Source: an uncultured Candidatus Actinomarina sp.
Lineage (GTDB): Bacteria; Actinomycetota; Acidimicrobiia; Actinomarinales; Actinomarinaceae
Direction: 5' to 3'
Assembly: GCA_902533795.1 (NCBI GenBank)
Contig: CACAND010000005.1
Span: forward strand, 847 to 64,846
DNA length: 64,000 nt
In this document: piece by piece, positions 1 through 8,061 of the stretch
Layout: every line of letters begins with the position of its first letter
Numbering within the stretch: position 1 is the stretch's first letter
Notes under the pieces: model-generated
What the model saw: the letters and a program-made list of their open reading frames with translations, nothing else
Database searches by the model: none
What the model was told of the DNA's origin: nothing
Translations under genes and position numbers: made by a program

Positions 1-177
1 GAAATGTATTCTAAAAACCCATTAGATGTAAATCCAGCTGTAAGTCAACTTTTTATCTCAAACCCTCTGAAGTCATTTTCAGGTTCTGGATTAGGAAAAT
101 TATTCTCTACTCATCCACCAACAAAAGAAAGAGTTAGAAGGCTTAGAGAGGGTGCTAGTGGAATCAGATATAGATAA
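1..177 (+). CDS. htpX: C-terminal part of an M48/HtpX-like zinc metalloprotease (5' end outside the window)
   Basis: Frame 1 translates ...SQLFISNPL...GKLFSTHPPTKERVRRL...* (TAA 175-177). LFSTHPP..ER is the typical HtpX C-terminal motif. Not in the ORF track. Confidence 0.8.
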   Translation, partial: EMYSKNPLDVNPAVSQLFISNPLKSFSGSGLGKLFSTHPPTKERVRRLREGASGIRYR

Positions 178-517
178 AGAAGAAATCAATTCAGAGATTG
201 AGCCTGAAGATCTTCAGCAAAAACTTGATGATGGTTGGAAGTTAGTTGATGTTAGAGAGGATGACGAGTGGATGTACGGGCATCATTCGAAAGCTGAACA
301 TATAAAAATGGGGGACATTACAGATAAATTAAATTTGTTTGAAAAAAATGAAAAATATGTCATTGTTTGTAGATCAGGGCAAAGATCTGGTAAGGTTTCA
401 GAATTTTTACGAACAAAAGATATAATTTCTTACAATTTACTGGGTGGAATGAAAAAACTATCCAATTTTTCAACAGAAATAATTTCTAGCAATGGAAATC
501 CTGGAACAATCATTTAA
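152..517 (+). CDS. Single-domain rhodanese-like sulfurtransferase
   Basis: LVDVRE..EW..GH motif and active-site loop CRSGQRS; start is GTG 152 or GTG 158. Confidence 0.85.
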   Translation: MLVESDIDKEEINSEIEPEDLQQKLDDGWKLVDVREDDEWMYGHHSKAEHIKMGDITDKLNLFEKNEKYVIVCRSGQRSGKVSEFLRTKDIISYNLLGGMKKLSNFSTEIISSNGNPGTII

Positions 518-526
518 AATCAATTT

Positions 527-1483
527 GTGATAGTTTGCATTGGAAACGCACTAGTTGACACGCTTCAGCAAATTGATGAGAATATCATTGAGAAGCTCGA
601 TTTAAACAAAGCTCGAATGACTCTAGTTGATAAAGAGAGATCTAATTTTTTATTAGAAAATATGCCAAACCCTTCATATGCAGCTGGTGGATCCGCTGCA
701 AATACAGCTTATTGGATTTCTGTACTAGGAGGACAGGCAGGCTTTATCGGAAAAGTTTCAAATGATGATTTAGGAAAACAATTTAAATCGAGTTTATCCG
801 AACACGGACTAGAAGATCTTACTGTATACGAAGAAGGAGATGATCAAACTGGACTGTGTGCAATTTTTATAACTCCTGACGGAGAGAGAACAATGAACAC
901 TTATCTTGGTGCAGGAGCACAGCTTTCGATGAGTGACCTAAATGAGCAAGCAATAAATAAATGCAATATATTGTATATGGAAGGTTACCTTTGGGATAGG
1001 TTACCAAGCAAAGAAGCATTTATGTATGCTTCCAATATAAATAAATTATCTGGAGGTAAAAATGCTTTATCACTATCTGATGTTTTTTGTGTTGAAGCGC
1101 ATAGAGATAGCTTTTTAGATTTAATAAAAGAAAATATTGATTACGTTTTTTGTAATGAAGATGAATTGAAAGCTTTAACTTTACAAGATACAGCAGAAAA
1201 ATCTTTTAAATTCTTTGAAGAAAATTTTCCAAAATTAGAACAATTGATTTGCACATTAGGATCAAAAGGCGCAATTGTTCTAAAAGACAATAAAGAATAT
1301 TTCTTTGAAGCTACAGAGGCTAATGTGATAGATAAAACTGGAGCAGGAGATTTCTTTGCTGCTGGCTACCTATATGGATTGCAAAAAAACTTAACTATTG
1401 ATGAGTCTGCAAACTTTGCTAATAAAAGTGCAGCACATGTTATTAGTGAGATTGGCGTTAGGCCAGAAAAAGATTTTTCTTAA
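527..1483 (+). CDS. PfkB-family carbohydrate/adenosine kinase
   Basis: GNALVD, GGSAANT, TPDGERTMNTYLGA and DKTGAGDFFAAG motifs. Confidence 0.85.
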   Translation: MIVCIGNALVDTLQQIDENIIEKLDLNKARMTLVDKERSNFLLENMPNPSYAAGGSAANTAYWISVLGGQAGFIGKVSNDDLGKQFKSSLSEHGLEDLTVYEEGDDQTGLCAIFITPDGERTMNTYLGAGAQLSMSDLNEQAINKCNILYMEGYLWDRLPSKEAFMYASNINKLSGGKNALSLSDVFCVEAHRDSFLDLIKENIDYVFCNEDELKALTLQDTAEKSFKFFEENFPKLEQLICTLGSKGAIVLKDNKEYFFEATEANVIDKTGAGDFFAAGYLYGLQKNLTIDESANFANKSAAHVISEIGVRPEKDFS

Positions 1484-2250
1484 TTAGTCCAACCTAAAAG
1501 ATTTAATATTCTTTTTTCCTCAAAATTTTCAAGTTCAAGATTTAATTCTTCAAATTGAACAATTACAGGATCGAATTCTTTATCTTTTGAAAACAATAGA
1601 AGATTATTCTCTGAATCTATTCCAACTATGCTATTTCCATCATGAGACCATTTCAATGATTCGAATCTATAATTTGTTGGAGCTTTTGAACGATATACTT
1701 CTACTGATTCATATCTGGTGTGATAATAAATAGTTATAACTCTTGAGTCATAATCTGATGTCTCCCAAGGGTCTATAAGCTTTTCACCATATATATTCAT
1801 TTTGTCTGACTCTTCAGCAAAATTAGGATTTTTAATTATATCTAATATTTCTCCACTATTTAATTCAATAACTAAACCCATTTCGGTATTGGTTGATTCA
1901 TCCCAATATCTAATTAAGATATCTCGCTCTTCATATAATTGAGCATCAAAAAAATTGATATTGTAACCCAAGTCATATTCGAGATCACTAGTACAAATAA
2001 TTTTTTCCTCTTTTAGTAAATTATTATTTAGGTCTACGGAAAAAATACATTCATCCATAATATCTGGCGCTGGAGGAATAAGATTTTGGCTTTCAATCTC
2101 AACCCTATAAATTATTTTTCCATCAAATTCCGTATTGCTAGTGAGGTTTCCGTATTCTGGTAAAGGAATAACACCAAAAACCCCAACAATTATTGTTGTT
2201 GCAAGGAAAATCATTAAAGAAAGAAATAATGGTAAATTAACTTTATTCAT
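1480..2250 (-). CDS. Hypothetical protein with N-terminal membrane anchor and acidic, beta-rich soluble domain
   Basis: 256-aa ORF, hydrophobic residues about 5-28, LKWSHDG propeller-like motif; follows the upstream membrane protein by 6 nt. Confidence 0.6.
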   Translation of the reverse strand: MNKVNLPLFLSLMIFLATTIIVGVFGVIPLPEYGNLTSNTEFDGKIIYRVEIESQNLIPPAPDIMDECIFSVDLNNNLLKEEKIICTSDLEYDLGYNINFFDAQLYEERDILIRYWDESTNTEMGLVIELNSGEILDIIKNPNFAEESDKMNIYGEKLIDPWETSDYDSRVITIYYHTRYESVEVYRSKAPTNYRFESLKWSHDGNSIVGIDSENNLLLFSKDKEFDPVIVQFEELNLELENFEEKRILNLLGWTN

Positions 2251-2256
2251 AAATCT

Positions 2257-3240
2257 TTAAGGTTTAGTTGTCTTTATATTTGCTCTAATAGAGTTTAGGT
2301 ACAAGCCAACGACCACAAGGACACCTCCTACTAAAAAAAGAATTAATGGTGGCCAGATGTTATCTGGCAATATTTCAGTAATTAGTCTTGGTAAGTTGAT
2401 AACAAGACCTAATCCTCCAATAAAAAAGATAACTTGTTCTGAAAGCTGGATGCTACCCCAAACGTAAAATATAGAACCAAATATAAGAATCAAAATAGTA
2501 ATTATTTCACTATCGATCAAGTCTTCTATAAAAATGATTGAACCTATTGAAACAGTTGTAGTTGATAAAAAATAACCTAGCCAACTTGGCTTGAGCAATG
2601 TTGAATAAGTATTGATACCCCAGACACTTCCAATAGCAATTAGAAAAAGTCCTCCGGCCCATGGCTCAATGTTTGGAAAAATTAAATTTCCAGTAGCTCC
2701 CAAGAAAAAACATAAACAATAAAATAATCCAGCATGTTGGAAAATTAGTTTTGTTCTTTGAAATAAATAAATTGCATATAAGAGAACAAAGAAAGAAACA
2801 ATAACATATAACAATTCTTCACTAACATCTATAAACTCAGTTTCTTGAAGAATATTTAAAGTAAAAGTTATAGTTGCACCAAACGATATATTTGATATTA
2901 AGAATAAAAATGAGCTCACTCTTTCAATAGATTTAAAAATAAATAATTTTCCATCTTCAATCTTTTCGCTATATCCAGCTGCATAGAAAAGAAAATAAGT
3001 AGTTGCAATTAAAAGTCCTAGTTGAGCCCAGTAAGCAAGATTCGTCCACAATAATGGAATTGTGCCTAGAAGACCTGATAAAAGAAACAATCCACCGATT
3101 AATGTTATTGCTCTAGCAACTTTAGATTTTTGGTTTGGATCAGAATTTTCTTCGAAATTAACTATCTCTTCATAAGTTTCTTGATTGATTAAGCCATTAT
3201 CAAGCCATCTTTTTAGTAATTCTCCTACTTTTTTATTCAC
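2257..3240 (-). CDS. Multi-pass membrane protein, DUF2157-like
   Basis: N-terminal L.RW...GLI motif followed by about 10 hydrophobic segments. Confidence 0.65.
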   Translation of the reverse strand: MNKKVGELLKRWLDNGLINQETYEEIVNFEENSDPNQKSKVARAITLIGGLFLLSGLLGTIPLLWTNLAYWAQLGLLIATTYFLFYAAGYSEKIEDGKLFIFKSIERVSSFLFLISNISFGATITFTLNILQETEFIDVSEELLYVIVSFFVLLYAIYLFQRTKLIFQHAGLFYCLCFFLGATGNLIFPNIEPWAGGLFLIAIGSVWGINTYSTLLKPSWLGYFLSTTTVSIGSIIFIEDLIDSEIITILILIFGSIFYVWGSIQLSEQVIFFIGGLGLVINLPRLITEILPDNIWPPLILFLVGGVLVVVGLYLNSIRANIKTTKP

Positions 3241-3316
3241 AATTTAATCCTAATCAAATTAAATTACCTCTTACGAAAATTCCTATATAATCTAAACTTT
3301 AAAAAGACTAATTATT

Positions 3317-3398
3317 GCCGGGATGCCCGAGCGGCCAAAGGGAGCAGACTGTAAATCTGCCGGCTATGCCTACGTAGGTTCGAATCCTTCTCCCGGCA
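3317..3398 (+). tRNA. tRNA-Tyr(GTA)
   Basis: Cloverleaf with acceptor GCCGGGA/TCCCGGC, anticodon arm GCAGA-CTGTAAA-TCTGC, long variable arm, TTCGAAT T-loop; CCA not encoded. Confidence 0.97.
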
Positions 3399-3401
3399 CT
3401 G

Positions 3402-3474
3402 GCCCTCTTAGCTCAGCTGGTAGAGCACTTCCATGGTAAGGAAGAGGTCTCCGGTTCAAACCCGGAAGAGGGCT
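3402..3474 (+). tRNA. tRNA-Thr(GGT)
   Basis: Acceptor GCCCTCT/AGAGGGC, anticodon arm CTTCC-ATGGTAA-GGAAG. Confidence 0.96.
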
Positions 3475-3499
3475 CCCAAGTCTATAATTAATTAGGTTT

Positions 3500-3573
3500 G
3501 GCGGCGTAGCTCAGTTGGTAAGAGCGCACGACTCATAATCGTGAGGTCGGCAGTTCAAGTCTGCCCGCCGCTA
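3500..3573 (+). tRNA. tRNA-Met(CAT), elongator type
   Basis: Acceptor GGCGGCG/CGCCGCT, anticodon arm CACGA-CTCATAA-TCGTG; lacks initiator features (no C1 mismatch, no three G-C pairs). Confidence 0.92.
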
Positions 3574-3595
3574 CAAGAAAATAGGAGGAATAGAA

Positions 3596-3757
3596 ATGGC
3601 TTCAGACAAGAGACCACCAATAACATTGGTATGTACTGAAACTGGTGATCATAATTATGTGACTACAAAAAATAAAACTAACACCCCAGATAGACTGGAG
3701 TTAATGAAATATAGTCCAAGATTAAGAAAACACACACTTCATCGAGAAAAAAGATAG
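3596..3757 (+). CDS. rpmG: 50S ribosomal protein L33, zinc-free form
   Basis: Hand translation [62 protein letters not shown]; below the ORF-track cutoff. Confidence 0.95.
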   Translation: MASDKRPPITLVCTETGDHNYVTTKNKTNTPDRLELMKYSPRLRKHTLHREKR

Positions 3758-3790
3758 AAAAAGTAATTTTTTACTTTATCCTTAAATAAG

Positions 3791-4375
3791 ATGGAAAATA
3801 TTGCAAAACTTAATCACTTCGGTGAAGAAGTATCAAATTCTGAGCTTGTAAAAAAGTCCCAACTAGGAGACAAAAGCGCTTTTGAAGAGCTTGTTAAAAG
3901 ACACCAAGATTTAGTGTTTTCTCTCTCATTTAAATTGACTGGAAACAGAGAACTTGCAAATGATGTGGCCCAAGAGTCATTCATAAGAGCCTGGAAAGCA
4001 ATTGAAAAATTTAGAGGAGATTCTACATTTGGGACCTGGATATACCGAATAACAGTCAACACGGCATGGACACTAAGAAAAAAAGCAAAAAAACACTACT
4101 CATTAAACATTGAAGATACACAAGAGCCCGTTGTAATAGATGAAAAAAAAGATCCAGAGCTAGTAGCAATTAACTCAGATCTTTCAGTCGTACTTCGAAA
4201 AGCATTAAATCAAATACCCCTTGAGCAAAGGATCATCGTAGAACTTAAAAATATCGAAGGAAGGTCACATAAAGAAATAGCAGATTATCTAGACATCAGT
4301 GTTACTGCTGCAAAAGTCAGACTTCATAGAGCTCACCAAAAGCTAAGAAATATACTTGAGGAGATTGAAGCGTGA
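3791..4375 (+). CDS. ECF sigma-70 factor
   Basis: Region 2 (DVAQESFIRAW, F.TWIYRI..N) and region 4 (SHKEIADYL.IS..AAKVRLHRA). Confidence 0.92.
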   Translation: MENIAKLNHFGEEVSNSELVKKSQLGDKSAFEELVKRHQDLVFSLSFKLTGNRELANDVAQESFIRAWKAIEKFRGDSTFGTWIYRITVNTAWTLRKKAKKHYSLNIEDTQEPVVIDEKKDPELVAINSDLSVVLRKALNQIPLEQRIIVELKNIEGRSHKEIADYLDISVTAAKVRLHRAHQKLRNILEEIEA

Positions 4376-4752
4376 GAGAATTATTAGATAGTTTAAAAGA
4401 CAATTTCATATGCAGAAGAAAAAGAAGTCAAATGATGAGAACATATTTAAGTGGTAAGTATTTTCTTTTTGATTCGGACAATCATATTTCCTATTGTCCA
4501 AAATGCCAAGTAGCTGGAAAACGATATAAAGCTTTCAGAGAAGAACTTGAATCTGAGGTAAATAAAGAAGTTGAAGTACCTAGTGATTTTGCCTCCAAAG
4601 TAATTGATTCGCTTGATAAAAAAGTAAAAACAACTACAAATAAGGGTACAAAAATAATACTATTATCTTTAATTGGTTTAATATCATTGTTAATTTTAGT
4701 TTTTGGAATAAAGCGCTCTTCTAACAAGATTGATGATATTGATAAAGATTAG
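4372..4752 (+). CDS. Zinc-binding (ZAS, HxxxCxxC) anti-sigma factor with C-terminal TM helix
   Basis: HISYCPKC motif, upstream Cys, one hydrophobic helix near the C-terminus; GTGA overlap with the ECF sigma gene. Confidence 0.8.
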   Translation: MRELLDSLKDNFICRRKRSQMMRTYLSGKYFLFDSDNHISYCPKCQVAGKRYKAFREELESEVNKEVEVPSDFASKVIDSLDKKVKTTTNKGTKIILLSLIGLISLLILVFGIKRSSNKIDDIDKD

Positions 4753-4824
4753 GGGTGTAGCTCTAACTGGCAGAGCGCCGGTCTCCAAAACCGGAGGTTG
4801 TGAGTTCGAATCTCACCGCCCCTG
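4751..4824 (+). tRNA. tRNA-Trp(CCA)
   Basis: Acceptor AGGGGTG/CGCCCCT, anticodon arm CCGGT-CTCCAAA-ACCGG, G discriminator; canonical position before secE. Confidence 0.96.
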
Positions 4825-4838
4825 CTAACGAGGTAATT

Positions 4839-5138
4839 ATGAATGAAATGAATAGAGAAATGAGAAGAATGTCTGAGCGTGAAGAACGCTTGGCAAAAAA
4901 AGCCGATAGAAATATTGGTAAATACAACAGTGAAAAAGTTTCAAGATTTAAAAGAATTTCTAACTATATGGGTGAAGTTAGGACAGAATTAAAGAGAGTA
5001 AATTGGCCCTCAACTCAAATTCTATCGACTTTTACAATCGTAACAATTGTGACAATAATAACGATGACTCTATTAATATTTGGAATGGACTTTGGTTTTA
5101 AAAATACATTAATTAGCATGTTATCTTTTGGAGAATGA
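4839..5138 (+). CDS. secE: Preprotein translocase subunit SecE
   Basis: EVRTELKRVNWPS motif and one TM helix. Start moved to ATG 4839 (GAGGT RBS) because the ORF-track start lies inside tRNA-Trp. Confidence 0.92.
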   Translation: MNEMNREMRRMSEREERLAKKADRNIGKYNSEKVSRFKRISNYMGEVRTELKRVNWPSTQILSTFTIVTIVTIITMTLLIFGMDFGFKNTLISMLSFGE

Positions 5139-5141
5139 TTT

Positions 5142-5762
5142 ATGAGTGAAGATACAGTTGTAGAAGAATTAGAAAATGAAGAAGTAGAGCAAGAACAAGA
5201 AGCACCTCTTCATCCTTATGACCTTCCTGGTGAATGGTTCGTTTTAAATGCACAATCTGGCCATGAAAAAAAAGTTCAAACAAACATATTAACCAGAATA
5301 AAGAATCTTCATCTAGAGGATAATGTTTACGAAGTTGTAATTCCAACAGATGAAGTAGTCGAAATAAGAAATGGAAAAAAAGTAAATATTGAAAAGAAAA
5401 CATTTCCTGGATATGTTCTTGTAAGAATGGATCTAGATGATACTACTTGGTATGAAATCAGAAACACTCCATCAGTAATTGGCTTTGTTGGCTCCGGTAA
5501 AGTACCAATTTCACTTTCAAAAAGAGAAGTAGAAAGAATTTTAGGAACTAATGAAGAAGTAGAAGTTAAAAAAGAAAGTCCAAAATTCAAACCTGACTTT
5601 GAAGTTGGAGAAACAGTAAGAGTTACAACTGGCCCATTTGCTGATTTCAACGGCATAATTGAAGAAATTAATCTTGATCAATCAAAAGTTACAGTTTTAG
5701 TTAATATATTTGGAAGAGAAACACCTGTTGAACTTGGATTTACAGATATAGTTAAGAATTAA
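5142..5762 (+). CDS. nusG: Transcription termination/antitermination factor NusG
   Basis: SGHEKKV, FPGYVLV and KOW GPFADFNG...IFGRETPVEL. Confidence 0.98.
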   Translation: MSEDTVVEELENEEVEQEQEAPLHPYDLPGEWFVLNAQSGHEKKVQTNILTRIKNLHLEDNVYEVVIPTDEVVEIRNGKKVNIEKKTFPGYVLVRMDLDDTTWYEIRNTPSVIGFVGSGKVPISLSKREVERILGTNEEVEVKKESPKFKPDFEVGETVRVTTGPFADFNGIIEEINLDQSKVTVLVNIFGRETPVELGFTDIVKN

Positions 5763-5768
5763 ATCATT

Positions 5769-6194
5769 ATGGCAAAAGAAGTAAAAGCAAAATTAAAATT
5801 ACAGATACCTGGTGGAGGAGCAACTCCTGCACCCCCAGTTGGATCAGCATTGGGGCAATACGGTGTAAATATTATGGATTTTGTTCAAGCATTCAACAAC
5901 GATACTTCAAGCAGGCAAGGTGAAACTGTTCCGGTTGAGATAACTATATTTGAAGATAATTCATTTACCTTTGTAACCAAAACAGCCCCAGCCTCATATT
6001 TAATTAAAAAAGCAATAGGTTTGGAATCAGGATCTCCGGAACCGCATAAAGAAAAAGTTGCTTCAATTACAAGATCTCAACTTGAAACAATTGCTGAAGC
6101 AAAGATGGAAGATCTTAATGCAAATGATTTAGATGCCGCCGTGAAAATTATCGCAGGAACTGCTCGATCAATGGGAGTAACTGTAAAGAATTAA
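5769..6194 (+). CDS. rplK: 50S ribosomal protein L11
   Basis: [12 protein letters not shown] and IAGTARSMG. Confidence 0.98.
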   Translation: MAKEVKAKLKLQIPGGGATPAPPVGSALGQYGVNIMDFVQAFNNDTSSRQGETVPVEITIFEDNSFTFVTKTAPASYLIKKAIGLESGSPEPHKEKVASITRSQLETIAEAKMEDLNANDLDAAVKIIAGTARSMGVTVKN

Positions 6195-6196
6195 GA

Positions 6197-6227
6197 TTTT
6201 GGGAGACTAAAGTCGCATGTACCAAAA
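6197..6227 (+). promoter_or_regulatory. Putative L1-binding autoregulatory RNA site before rplA
   Basis: TTTTGG-GA-GAC-TAAA-GTC-GCATGTA-CCAAAA: two helices around an asymmetric internal loop, like the E. coli rplK-leader L1 site; abuts the rplA SD. Confidence 0.65.
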
Positions 6228-6235
6228 GGAGAAAT

Positions 6236-6922
6236 ATGACCAATCAAGGTAAAAGATATCAAAATATAAAGAAACAAATCCCTGAAGAAAGACAAGATAT
6301 TTCAGAAGGTTTAAGAATTTGCAAAGAAACAGCAAGTGCAAAATTTGATGAATCCGTAGATGTAGTTTTTTCTTTAAATATTGATACAAAAGATCCAGAA
6401 CAAAACATTCGAACAACAGTCTCTCTCCCTAACGGCTCAGGTAAAACAGTAAGGATTGCAGTTTTTGCTGGTGGAGAAGAGCTCACTGAAGCTGAAAAAG
6501 CTGGAGCAGACATAGTAGGAGGCAAGGATCTTGCAACTAAAGTTAGTTCTGAGGAAAAGCTTGACGTTGATATTGTTATTTCAACTCCTGAAATGATGGC
6601 AGAAGTAGGACAGTTAGGTAAAATTTTAGGACCACAAGGATTGATGCCCAATCCCAAAACTGGAACAGTAACTCCAAATGTAGCAAAAGCCGTAGAAGAT
6701 TTTAAAAAAGGTAAAGTTGAAATAAAAAATGATAAACTTGGAAATATTCACTTAAGTATTGGAAAAGTTTCTTTTGATGAATCAAAACTATTAGAAAATT
6801 TAAATGAAGTAATTGCTGAAGTTAATAAAGCTAAGCCTGCTTCTTCAAAAGGAGAGTTTATTAAATCCATGCACATATCATCTACAATGGGCCCTTCTGT
6901 CCAAATAGATATTAATCAGTAA
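6236..6922 (+). CDS. rplA: 50S ribosomal protein L1
   Basis: AKFDESVD, LGPQGLMPNPKTGTVT, SSTMGP. Confidence 0.98.
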   Translation: MTNQGKRYQNIKKQIPEERQDISEGLRICKETASAKFDESVDVVFSLNIDTKDPEQNIRTTVSLPNGSGKTVRIAVFAGGEELTEAEKAGADIVGGKDLATKVSSEEKLDVDIVISTPEMMAEVGQLGKILGPQGLMPNPKTGTVTPNVAKAVEDFKKGKVEIKNDKLGNIHLSIGKVSFDESKLLENLNEVIAEVNKAKPASSKGEFIKSMHISSTMGPSVQIDINQ

Positions 6923-6969
6923 TTTATCTCCATTAATATTTAGTTATATATATAATTTAATAACAATTT

Positions 6970-7047
6970 AAACCAAAGACCGATAGTGGCTTGCCTTAAT
7001 TTCTATCGCAGGTAAAAAGATGGTCCTTGGTTTGCAAGGATTTTTTT
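6970..7047 (+). promoter_or_regulatory. L10-leader-like cis-regulatory RNA with alternative terminator/SD-sequestering hairpin
   Basis: AGACCGATAG...CTTAAT..CTATCG.AGGT core. TCCTTG-GTTTG-CAAGGA-T7 hairpin (7024-7047) competes with pairing of 6970-6981 to 7022-7033. TATAAT at 6951-6956. Confidence 0.75.
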
Positions 7048-7593
7048 ATGGTAAGAAAAGATAAACAAGATAAAGTTAAAGAATTAGAAGATTTATTTAA
7101 AAAAGCCAACACTTTGGTTTTAGCAGAGTATAGAGGGCTTACTGTTAGTCAACAGACACTTCTAAGAAAAAATTTAAAAAATGTAGGGGCTACTTTTAAT
7201 GTAGTAAAAATGAGCCTTGCTAAAAGAGCAGCCACTAAAGCTGGATTTGAAGATATATTAGATTATTTTTCTGGGCCAACGGGAGTAACAGTTATAGAGT
7301 CTGATCCTGTAGAAGCTGCGAAAGTATTAAAAGAATTTTCAGACGAAAATGATTCATTTATTGTTAAAGGTGGTTTGATGGACAACAAGCTTTTAACTAT
7401 TGAACAATTAAATGTTCTAGCTTCTATAGAGTCAAAAGACATTCTTTTAGCAAAAATTGCTGGAGGATTTAATGCCCCGTTAAGCAAACTTGCTTACGCA
7501 CTTAAAGGTCTTACAAACAAAACAAGTTTTGCATTACAGGCACTAATTGAAAAAAAAGAGTCTGGTGAAGAAATTAGTAAAGAGGAGGAATAA
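7048..7593 (+). CDS. rplJ: 50S ribosomal protein L10
   Basis: EYRGLTV...LR and GPT motifs; start moved to ATG 7048 after AAGGA. Confidence 0.96.
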   Translation: MVRKDKQDKVKELEDLFKKANTLVLAEYRGLTVSQQTLLRKNLKNVGATFNVVKMSLAKRAATKAGFEDILDYFSGPTGVTVIESDPVEAAKVLKEFSDENDSFIVKGGLMDNKLLTIEQLNVLASIESKDILLAKIAGGFNAPLSKLAYALKGLTNKTSFALQALIEKKESGEEISKEEE

Positions 7594-7976
7594 TGGCAAA
7601 AATGACAACAGAAGAAATATTAGGCATTTTTGAAGAAATGTCTGTCTTAGAACTTAAAGAGTTCTTAGATGCTTTTGAAGAAAAATTTGATGTTACAGCG
7701 GCAGCACCAGTTGCAGTTGCTGCAGCTCCAGCTGGCGGAGACGCTTCCGGCGGAGAAGAAGCAAAAGATTCATTTGATGTTGTTTTGGCAGATGCCGGTG
7801 GACAAAAAATACAAGTTATTAAAGAAGTTAGGGGACTAACTAGTCTTGGCTTAAAGGAAGCAAAAGAACTTGTAGATGGAGCTCCATCTGACATTCTCAA
7901 AGGTGCTTCTAAAGAAGATGCTGATAAAGCAAAAGAAGCCTTAGAGGGTGCCGGGGCAACTGTAGAACTTAAATAA
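7593..7976 (+). CDS. rplL: 50S ribosomal protein L7/L12
   Basis: [13 protein letters not shown] hinge, [19 protein letters not shown]. Confidence 0.98.
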   Translation: MAKMTTEEILGIFEEMSVLELKEFLDAFEEKFDVTAAAPVAVAAAPAGGDASGGEEAKDSFDVVLADAGGQKIQVIKEVRGLTSLGLKEAKELVDGAPSDILKGASKEDADKAKEALEGAGATVELK

Positions 7977-7990
7977 ATTTAACTTATTTG

Positions 7991-8019
7991 TTTACTTAAA
8001 TATTTAGTAACTATATAAT
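7991..8019 (+). promoter_or_regulatory. Putative housekeeping-sigma promoter of rpoBC
   Basis: TTTACT-17 bp-TATAAT in the rplL-rpoB spacer. Confidence 0.65.
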
Positions 8020-8061
8020 ATATCTTTCGGATATCATTTTTACATTTTTTGAGGAGGCTTA

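Noticed and set aside
3317..4824. Integrative element or prophage at the tRNA cluster
   Set aside because: No integrase, no duplicated tRNA 3' end and no direct repeats were seen.
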